A DNA stretch of 64,000 bases from Candidatus Omnitrophota bacterium (GTDB lineage: Bacteria > Omnitrophota > Gorgyraeia > Zapsychrales > JANLHA01): the NCBI GenBank assembly GCA_029560465.1, contig JAKQKX010000090.1:72189-136188 (forward strand). Direction: 5' to 3'. The notes beneath the pieces were generated by a model that was given only the letters and a program-made list of their open reading frames with translations, ran no database searches and was not told the origin of the DNA. How positions within the stretch are numbered: position 1 is the first letter of the stretch; every line of letters begins with the position of its first letter. Below are positions 57,025 through 64,000 of this stretch, in pieces. The position numbers and the translations under genes were made by a program.

Positions 57025-58980
57025 TCAGGGCATGGCGTAGTCATCGCAGTCCGACTGCACGTCCACATAGCGGTGCAAGATATTGCCTTCGGCGAGAAAG
57101 CGGGACAAGCGCGTGTACACATATCCGGAATAGGACAGCCCCCCGCGCGCCGGCCTGTCAACCTGAGGCCGGAGAAGAAACAGATGCTCCTTGGCCCGTG
57201 TCATCGCCACGTAAAGCAACCGGCGCTCTTCTTCCACGCCTTCAGCATTATTCAAAGACTGATAAGACGGGAGGTACCCTTCCGCCACAAAAAGGATAAA
57301 AACCGTATGCCATTCCAGTCCTTTGGCAGAGTGGATCGTCGACAAAACAAGGTGGGGCTGCCGCGGGGCGCGCCGCTCTTTCTCAACCCGGTCCTTTTCC
57401 GGAGGGTCCAGGGCAATATCCGCCAGGAATTGCTCTAAAGAATCATACCGGCCCGCGATGTGCTGCAAAGATTCCAGGTCATTGACCCTCTTGTCAAAAT
57501 CATCATACACGTCCGGCATGAGGGAAAGATAAAATCCCAACACGAAATCAAGGAGCTCCGCTGGCTTCTGCTGTTGGGGGTCGCTTTTCTTAAAAAGATC
57601 CATGAGCTTGAGAACGCTGTCCTTAGGTTTCAGCCGGGATAAATCAGCTTGAAAACCCTGTTTTTGAGCAACGATTTCCTGAGTGATCCGGCGGGCGGTC
57701 TGCGGCCCCACCCCGCGCAGAAGCCCCAGGACCCTCATCCAGCTAAGGTCATGATACGGTTGGGACAAAATCCGCAAAAAGCTGATCACGTCCTTAATAT
57801 GCGCGGACTCGACAAATTTCTGGCCTCCGTATTTCATAAAAGGGACCCCCCATCTGGTCAATTCCACTTCGAGATCATTGGAATGCCAGCCGGAACGGAA
57901 CAAAACCGCGATCTCCTTATAAGGCACCCCCTCTTCGTGCAGACGCGTGATCTGATTCACCACGAATTTGGACTGGCTGTTTTCATTCGGGACGTCCACA
58001 TAAACCGGCAACCCGGCCCCGGGCCGGTCGGAAAACAACTGTTTCTCATACTTTTCCGACGCGGCCTGAATCAGCTGATTGGTTAAATCAAGAATCGGCT
58101 GAGAGGACCGGTAGTTTTGCTCTAAAAGAATGACACGCGTTTCCGGGAACATCTGCGGGAATAAAATGATATTTTTGTAATGCGCGCCACGGAACGAGTA
58201 AATGCTCTGCGCATCATCCCCCACCACCATGATATTCTGATGAGACGACGCCAGCATCTGGACAATCTCGGCCTGAATTTTATTGGTGTCCTGGTATTCA
58301 TCGACCATAATGTACGGATAAGACAAAGAAAGTTTCTGGCGCAGGGTAGGGTTATCGGAAAGCAGCTGCTTCAACAAAACCAAGAGATCATCAAAATCCA
58401 GCAACGACTGCTGGCGTTTATACCCCGTGTACTCTTCCGCGATCCGGCGAATTTCCGGGAGCCAAGCCAGGAAATGCGGGTAATCTTTACACAACACGCT
58501 TTCAAAATCTTCATCGCGGTTGACGCTCGATGACAAAATCGACATCAAAGCCTCTTTCTTGGGGAAACGGCGGTCCAGTTTATCCATCCCCAGACGGATC
58601 CTCAGGCTTTGCAAAGCGCTCTGGGCGTCACTCTGGTCCATAATGATAAAACGGGAATCCAGCCCCACATATTCACCGTAACGCCTTAAAAGCGCATTGG
58701 CAAAAGAATGGAACGTTCCTCCCGTAACATGCTCGCATCGGGCATCCAGGATCATCGAGGCTCTTTTAAGCATCTCCTGGGCGGCCCGGCGGGTAAAAGT
58801 GAGGAGCAGCACCTCTTCAGGATTAACCCCTTGTTCGATCAGATAGGCGGTGCGATAAATAAGCACCCGGGTTTTCCCGGAGCCTGCTCCGGCAATAACC
58901 AAATATGGGCCATCCACAGAAGTGGCCGCTTTATACTGGGCAGGATTCAGTTCCTGCTGGTAATTGATCTTTAAAGACAT
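57025..58980 (-). CDS. uvrD: ATP-dependent DNA helicase, UvrD/Rep/PcrA family
   Basis: The 651-aa product has motif I AGAGSGKT, motif II DEYQDTN, motif V STIHSAKGLEW and motif VI LYVAMTRAKEHL. Confidence 0.85.
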   Translation of the reverse strand: MSLKINYQQELNPAQYKAATSVDGPYLVIAGAGSGKTRVLIYRTAYLIEQGVNPEEVLLLTFTRRAAQEMLKRASMILDARCEHVTGGTFHSFANALLRRYGEYVGLDSRFIIMDQSDAQSALQSLRIRLGMDKLDRRFPKKEALMSILSSSVNRDEDFESVLCKDYPHFLAWLPEIRRIAEEYTGYKRQQSLLDFDDLLVLLKQLLSDNPTLRQKLSLSYPYIMVDEYQDTNKIQAEIVQMLASSHQNIMVVGDDAQSIYSFRGAHYKNIILFPQMFPETRVILLEQNYRSSQPILDLTNQLIQAASEKYEKQLFSDRPGAGLPVYVDVPNENSQSKFVVNQITRLHEEGVPYKEIAVLFRSGWHSNDLEVELTRWGVPFMKYGGQKFVESAHIKDVISFLRILSQPYHDLSWMRVLGLLRGVGPQTARRITQEIVAQKQGFQADLSRLKPKDSVLKLMDLFKKSDPQQQKPAELLDFVLGFYLSLMPDVYDDFDKRVNDLESLQHIAGRYDSLEQFLADIALDPPEKDRVEKERRAPRQPHLVLSTIHSAKGLEWHTVFILFVAEGYLPSYQSLNNAEGVEEERRLLYVAMTRAKEHLFLLRPQVDRPARGGLSYSGYVYTRLSRFLAEGNILHRYVDVQSDCDDYAMP

Positions 58981-59150
58981 GGCGGATATTATAACACACG
59001 TACCGCGTGTTGGGACTGGCTATACTCAAGAAAATATCAGAGACAGTAACGATGGGTGCGATTCCGTGACGGCCTGTATTCCGGATAAACATTAATGAGG
59101 ACCATACGTTGAGCCGTATTGCCTTGCCTACATATTTTTGAAATGCAGCA

Positions 59151-59741
59151 CTACCGCCCTCTGGTTTTGTGCGTTGAAAGTTCTTTCAGCTTTTCCTCTT
59201 TAAGGCGGATCTGTTTTTTGATCTCGTCCGCCTCCTTCTCCACGTTGCGACTACTTTCCTCCAGGAGGCTCAATTTCCCATCCAATTCTTTAATCATCTT
59301 TTCCTTCTTCTTAATCTGACCGACCGATTCTTCCTGCTTCGCGGAAAGCGTCATTAATTTCTCTTGGTACTGTCCATAATTTTCCTGCGTCTGCCAATAT
59401 TCCTGGTTTAATCGTACGCTTTCCGATTCATATTCTTTCAAATGGCTCTGCAGTTTTGCGGTCTCATCCTGCAAAAGGTCTCTTTGGGCCTTAAGGGAGA
59501 TCCTTTTCCCTTCAAGCTCTCTTAACTTTTTAATCAAGGTGTACCGGCTATGCTGATAACTGGTAATTTCATACTCAATTTGTTTTTTGGCTTCCTGTTG
59601 CTGACTATAATTATCCCATAATTTATCATATCGTTGTAACTGCTGAAGGTACAAGCTATCCTCTTCTTCTTGTGCTTCCACCACGAATGTTGCTGTGCTA
59701 AAGACGCTAATAAATAATATGAATATTAATAACTTTTTCAT
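59151..59741 (-). CDS. secreted coiled-coil protein
   Basis: The 196-aa product has a signal peptide (MKKLLIFILFISVFSTATFVVEA), then a continuous heptad-rich helix. The gene and its upstream region are markedly AT-rich. Confidence 0.5.
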   Translation of the reverse strand: MKKLLIFILFISVFSTATFVVEAQEEEDSLYLQQLQRYDKLWDNYSQQQEAKKQIEYEITSYQHSRYTLIKKLRELEGKRISLKAQRDLLQDETAKLQSHLKEYESESVRLNQEYWQTQENYGQYQEKLMTLSAKQEESVGQIKKKEKMIKELDGKLSLLEESSRNVEKEADEIKKQIRLKEEKLKELSTHKTRGR

Positions 59742-59830
59742 TTATACACTCCTTTTAAATAAAATATATACTCTATTTAAATTAGAAAATATTATATAAC
59801 AAGTTTAACAGGTAAAAAGGAGTTTCGCAA

Positions 59831-60433
59831 TTAATTAAGTTTGCGGATGACACTGATCACTTTCCCGATCAGCACCACATCTTCGTTGACAGGAATAGGC
59901 TCATACTGCGGATTAGCCGGTTCAAGGAAATAATGCCGACCGCGTTTCCGGAGATATTTCACAGTCGCCTCATCCCGGATAAGGGCAACCACAATCTCCC
60001 CGGTCTGGGCCACGGCCTGGCGTTTGACCAGCACCAAGTCATCAGGGAAAATCCCCGCCCCATTCATACTGTCTCCCCGGACGCGCAAGGCGAATGTGTT
60101 GCTGTCTGAAAAAACCAGGCTGTCGAGATCAAGATACCCTTCAATCTCCTCGACCGCAAGCGTGGGAAGTCCCGCCTGGACCCGGCCAAGGATAGGGATT
60201 TGGAAAAGATTTTCCTTAATAATTTCAATAGCCCGGGATTTATTGGCTGAAACGCGAATGTAGCCTTTCTCAACTAAAGCGTGCAGGTAATCCCGGACCG
60301 TCCCAGTTGACGAAAACCCAAATTGGGCCGCAATCTCCCGGACAGTTGGAGGCAGCTGGGATTGCTTTATTCTTTTATAAATAAATTTAAAAACATCCTT
60401 TTGTTTGTCCGTAAGCTGGGCACTTTTATTCAT
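59831..60433 (-). CDS. lexA: LexA repressor
   Basis: The 200-aa product has an N-terminal winged HTH (LTDKQKDVFKFIYK...VREIA). The C-terminal S24 peptidase domain carries the Ser of GDSM and a downstream Lys (LIGKV). Confidence 0.9.
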   Translation of the reverse strand: MNKSAQLTDKQKDVFKFIYKRIKQSQLPPTVREIAAQFGFSSTGTVRDYLHALVEKGYIRVSANKSRAIEIIKENLFQIPILGRVQAGLPTLAVEEIEGYLDLDSLVFSDSNTFALRVRGDSMNGAGIFPDDLVLVKRQAVAQTGEIVVALIRDEATVKYLRKRGRHYFLEPANPQYEPIPVNEDVVLIGKVISVIRKLN

Positions 60434-60445
60434 GGGAAAATGTTA

Positions 60446-60461
60446 CCACCCATAAGTGTGG
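60446..60461. promoter_or_regulatory. candidate LexA operator: palindrome CCAC-N8-GTGG, 13 bp upstream of the lexA start
   Basis: CCACCCATAAGTGTGG was read directly in the sequence. Its position suits autoregulation, but the motif does not match any LexA box I can name. Confidence 0.25.
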
Positions 60462-60621
60462 ATGTCAAGCCGATTTTCAAAATGGCAAACATAGATATTT
60501 AACCCGTTCGGCATTAAAGAATTTCTTAAAAAAAAAGGCGATCATCCCAATTTTAGGATAAAATAAATTTGTTCTCTAAGGACCTCCGGGCATAAACCAA
60601 CCCGGCACAATATCGATTGTC

Positions 60622-61062
60622 ATGAGTGAAATTCGGGATGAAATAAGATTTATCGAACTGGTGGGGCTTGTCAAACACCTGAATGATCTGGCCACGCGCT
60701 GGGTGATAGGGTATTTTGTGATCCAAAGCGGAATACTCATTGCCGAGGCCGCGTTTATTTCAAGAGATCCGATCGTCGGGAACCCGGTTCTCCTGATCTT
60801 CCTGGTCCTGGCCCTGGCGATTTTTGCTATCGCCTGTTCAGAAACCATAACCCGTATCCTTGTCCGGAACCGGTTTTGGCTCCGGCATTACATTTCTGAA
60901 GCGATCCGGATCGAAGGCAAAAACGGCATCTGGCTCGAAAAATTTTCCCCACCCGGAAAAAGCCTGGACCAGCAATTCATTTTTCTGAATAATTGTCTTG
61001 TGGTGGGATGGATCCTTTTTGTGTTCACTTTCTTATATTCAGGCATCCGAACCCTGTTGTGA
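60622..61062 (+). CDS. hypothetical integral membrane protein
   Basis: The 146-aa product has 3-4 predicted TM helices and is transcribed divergently from lexA. Confidence 0.4.
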   Translation: MSEIRDEIRFIELVGLVKHLNDLATRWVIGYFVIQSGILIAEAAFISRDPIVGNPVLLIFLVLALAIFAIACSETITRILVRNRFWLRHYISEAIRIEGKNGIWLEKFSPPGKSLDQQFIFLNNCLVVGWILFVFTFLYSGIRTLL

Positions 61063-61086
61063 CCGGTTAACCGTCACCCCCCGTCA

Positions 61087-61674
61087 TTGGAGGAAAATAT
61101 TATGGCGACAGCACCAGCCACCGTTAAGGGATTGATTATCAACGGTACGATCCGCTTTCTAAAAGAAACATATGGAGAAGCAGGGTTCCAGAAATTTTTG
61201 GATAAAACCCCGGAAGAAGACCGCAAAGTCTGGACCGAACAGCAAATATTGGCTGTTTCCTGGGTTCCGGCTGTCATCTATAAGAATGCCTACGAAACCA
61301 TCGAAAGCATTTGGGGTAACGGCGACGGGAAAACATTTGAAAAAGTGGCCGGCATTGTTGCGTTTTATGACTTAAGCACCACAATGAAATTTTTCATGAA
61401 GATCGGCAGCCCGGGGTTCGTGGCCCAACGCTTCCCCAGTGTGTGGAAGAAATATTTCAGCGCGGGGGTTGCCAGAATCCTTCATATAACCGGCAATGAG
61501 ATGGAAATGGTCCTGGAAGGAGCGGAGGGATACGGGTTAGCCGGATGTGCCGGAACTTTGGGGTGGACCCGCGCCGCACTTGAATTCGCCGGAGCGAAGA
61601 ATCTTAAATTAACCCAAAAACAATGCCTCAGGAACGGAGACCCTCGGTGCCATTACGTTTATCTTTGGGAATAA
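61087..61674 (+). CDS. V4R-like / DUF2378-like small protein
   Basis: The 195-aa product ends with GCAGTLGWTRAALEFAG...CLRNGDPRCHYVYLW. This repeats the G...C...GD..C.F pattern of the V4R protein at 26606, so the two are paralogue-like. Confidence 0.4.
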   Translation: MEENIMATAPATVKGLIINGTIRFLKETYGEAGFQKFLDKTPEEDRKVWTEQQILAVSWVPAVIYKNAYETIESIWGNGDGKTFEKVAGIVAFYDLSTTMKFFMKIGSPGFVAQRFPSVWKKYFSAGVARILHITGNEMEMVLEGAEGYGLAGCAGTLGWTRAALEFAGAKNLKLTQKQCLRNGDPRCHYVYLWE

Positions 61675-61715
61675 TTTCCATCCCCCCACCCCCAACAACA
61701 TCCCGTTCCGGACCC

Positions 61716-64000
61716 CTACTCGACAGGGACATCGGAAGCTGTGACCAACCCCAAACGGGCAGGAAGGACATCTTCGCCTGAAATGACATCAAGAATAATG
61801 GGCAAGAATCCGCTGACATCAACCTCTTCAACGGACTGTTTCGCTAATGGAAGCGGGACCCCGCGTCCGTCCCGTTTGATCTGCAAATCGAGCGCCACCG
61901 GGTTAAGATTAATACCCCCGAGCGGCAGTTCAGCGGTTATCCCGTTTCGGGCCGCCTGGATCGCCGATGACACCGTCATATCCTTCTGAGTCAAGGACCG
62001 CATTATCATCTCCACCCGAGGCCCCTCTATGTCCTGAACAATGCTCAACACCCGGACCGAAACGGCTTCTTCCGCCGGCTCCACCCCGGGCTGGACAAAA
62101 ACGCCATTCGCGCTGATGAAAGAAAAAGCCCCGAGAATTCGCCCTTTAACATCCTCATCGGTAAAAAGCTTCTTCCCGGAAAGAATTTGTTGGGCGTCCT
62201 CCGGCCGCAGACTCGTGATATCCGACACTTCTTGAGAAGTAAAAGCATATCGCCGGGAATGATCTTTCATCACTTCTCCGGAGGGTTTATGGTTCAACTG
62301 GGCGCTATAAACCCTCAACCCGCCCACAGCCCCCACCGATTTCAATGCCCCCGCCACCGCCAGGGTCATAAACCCCTCCGCCGAGCCCCCGATAGTCAAA
62401 AGTGTTTTATGCATGCCGTACGGCGCCCCGGTGGCCGCCTCGTACATCTCACGGGTCATAGCCGCTTTCAACCCATGCATCACCGTCCCGTCAGGAATCG
62501 TGGTAACTTTTAACCCTTCTATCCGGTAAGCGGTTTTAATTTCGTCCAGAGCCTCCAGCATCTGCGTTTCCCGGTCACGGTCCATCAGGAGGATTTCCTC
62601 CCGGAGGGCCGAAAGTTCCTGACCGCGTGTCTCAGCCAGAAATTTCAAATATTCAATGATCAGCCCGGGATACCGGGCGTAAAGCTCGGGGTCTTTCATG
62701 GAATATTCGACCTCGACCCCTTGCTCCCTCACCCGAATCACCCGCTGATTAAAAACGGCCACAGCGGCTTCGTCCCCCAAGTTCGTTATAAACTGTCCCA
62801 CATAACCGTCCGGAGCATTGCCCAAATCCCGAACCCCCAGCCCGGTGACAATAACACTGGTCGCCCCGGACTCATAATCGGGGATGTCCAGCAATGTTTT
62901 ACCCTCGGCATTCGTCACAAACTGGTTGGTCCCTTCCACCACGTCAATGATGGCGTCCACGATCGGATAAAGTTTGCCCGAACGTGCCCGGTAAAACTCG
63001 GCGTTTTCCTTAATGGCATTGTACACCAGGTCAATCTCGGCCTTAATCGCGACGGGCAGAATCACTTCATTGGACTTCAAGCTCTCCGCCACTTCATCCC
63101 GGCCAAACCCCTCGCTGACCCGGACCATTAAAATGATGTCATTTTCCCTGACCGTTCTTTCAAAAATCCGTTTCGCCAAAGCATCTGCGGTATCCTTAAT
63201 AGCCCGTTCCATCTGATTTAAATCTTGTGTGGTAATCCGGACATTGTCCCCATTCTTCTGAGACAGCATCCCGATCATCGCCCTTAATTCTTCCTTGTCC
63301 GTCCTGGAATACAACTCGGTGAACAAATACCGCAGAGTAAGGACCTTATCTTTCACCGACGTTTCCCTCTGCAGAATATCTTTCACCCTTTGGTAAGCGC
63401 CCCGTAATCCCAAGGCTGTCAACTCAACGGCCGCTTGGGCGGCGACGCGCTCCGGGTACTCCCTCCGGGCGCGTTCCATGCGGGCGACCGCCGCCCTCTC
63501 TTTTTCAATCGGCGAAGACACCCTGTCCCGGGCGATGTCCCCGAACAGCGCCAAAGACAGGGTTTCCACGCGCCCCACTTCTTCACTGTTAGCCCGGTCG
63601 CCGGTTTCCACCAAGGCAGAAGAAACAATCAAGGTTTCCCCCAATCGGTCAGCCAGTTGACGGGTTTCCTCTTCCCTGAGGGACGCGATCTTCGACTTGA
63701 CCCGGCTTAATTCTTTAAAAGAACTTCCCCCGGAGAAATACTTCCGCGGGATAATCTCATGAGTGTCCAGATCCAGATCTGCCCGGATATAATTAAAAAC
63801 CCCTTTCTTAAACGCTTCCAAATATCGGTTATAAATTTTCCGGCTGACTTCTTTATCCTCAATATCAATCCCGGCTACTTTCTCCTGATTCACATAAACT
63901 TTTCCAAGTAAACTTTCTTTTAAAGTATCCTTGTACCAGGACGCTAAAATAATCGCATGGTAAATCTGCCGCAGTTGGATAAAAATCCGGCCCTCATTCA
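61716..64000 (-). CDS. GlpX-like (class II fructose-1,6-bisphosphatase fold) domain protein with a long N-terminal extension; 5' end off-window
   Basis: The frame is open from 64000 down to the stop at 61716, and the track's GTG at 63893 is only the first start inside the window. The region from about aa 300 to 640 aligns by eye with E. coli GlpX: DAIIDVVEGT to DIAVDPIEGT, IPDGTV to IPDGDV, LTIGGSAEGFMTLAVAGALKSVGAVGGLRV to GIGGAPEGVVSAAVIRALDGDMNGRL. Confidence 0.5.
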   Translation of the reverse strand, partial: NEGRIFIQLRQIYHAIILASWYKDTLKESLLGKVYVNQEKVAGIDIEDKEVSRKIYNRYLEAFKKGVFNYIRADLDLDTHEIIPRKYFSGGSSFKELSRVKSKIASLREEETRQLADRLGETLIVSSALVETGDRANSEEVGRVETLSLALFGDIARDRVSSPIEKERAAVARMERARREYPERVAAQAAVELTALGLRGAYQRVKDILQRETSVKDKVLTLRYLFTELYSRTDKEELRAMIGMLSQKNGDNVRITTQDLNQMERAIKDTADALAKRIFERTVRENDIILMVRVSEGFGRDEVAESLKSNEVILPVAIKAEIDLVYNAIKENAEFYRARSGKLYPIVDAIIDVVEGTNQFVTNAEGKTLLDIPDYESGATSVIVTGLGVRDLGNAPDGYVGQFITNLGDEAAVAVFNQRVIRVREQGVEVEYSMKDPELYARYPGLIIEYLKFLAETRGQELSALREEILLMDRDRETQMLEALDEIKTAYRIEGLKVTTIPDGTVMHGLKAAMTREMYEAATGAPYGMHKTLLTIGGSAEGFMTLAVAGALKSVGAVGGLRVYSAQLNHKPSGEVMKDHSRRYAFTSQEVSDITSLRPEDAQQILSGKKLFTDEDVKGRILGAFSFISANGVFVQPGVEPAEEAVSVRVLSIVQDIEGPRVEMIMRSLTQKDMTVSSAIQAARNGITAELPLGGINLNPVALDLQIKRDGRGVPLPLAKQSVEEVDVSGFLPIILDVISGEDVLPARLGLVTASDVPVE

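Noticed and set aside
58995-59030. ACAC-N7-GTGT dyad upstream of uvrD as a second LexA site
   Set aside because: Its spacing (N7) differs from the CCAC-N8-GTGG dyad at lexA. With only two instances of unequal geometry, a shared operator cannot be supported.
1-64000. CRISPR arrays, rRNA, IS elements or integrases
   Set aside because: No regularly spaced direct repeats, no 16S/23S/5S-like sequence, and no transposase or integrase motifs are visible on either strand.

Overview
This 64-kb window reads as a chromosomal segment from an anaerobic, non-model bacterium with about 55% GC. Most genes are housekeeping and lie on the minus strand. In order, the recognisable content is: aroE (partial); leuA and ilvC; a DUF4139 protein; metK and ahcY (methyl cycle); a sugar-phosphate nucleotidyltransferase; a permease-less regulatory PTS module (ptsN, yvcK, ptsH, ptsI); three tRNAs (Gly-GCC, Leu-TAG, Lys-TTT); the rpsB-tsf-pyrH-frr operon; a 1433-aa fused double-activase/HgdB-like protein on the plus strand; a CNNM/CorC transporter; two small Cys-rich proteins; a TPR protein; an MsbA-like ABC exporter; a V4R-like protein, a small ORF and lpxB on the plus strand; a 26-Cys secreted protein; a complete Bat aerotolerance operon (moxR, DUF58, DUF4381, batA through batE); a 1095-aa putative GH94-like glycoside phosphorylase next to a polysaccharide deacetylase; a response regulator, a YqeY protein and a DUF167 protein; an NQO-like flavoprotein and YgjP; several coiled-coil proteins, one with an in-frame 24-bp tandem repeat; a signal-peptide-bearing Memo+AMMECR1 fusion next to a MauE/DoxX-like membrane protein; pckA; two translationally coupled lipoproteins, one of them LpoB-like; a SPOR protein; a DnaQ-like exonuclease; a membrane beta-propeller protein; a UvrD helicase; and lexA transcribed divergently from a membrane protein and a second V4R-like protein. 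The window ends inside a gene for a GlpX-like FBPase domain with a long N-terminal extension that runs off the window. No CRISPR array, rRNA or obvious mobile element is present. The candidates most worth follow-up are the periplasmic Memo-AMMECR1 fusion with its MauE-like neighbour, the giant activase fusion, the Cys-rich secreted protein, the GH94-like/deacetylase pair, the extended GlpX-like protein and the lexA-proximal genes. Product names come from motif recognition only (no searches were possible).
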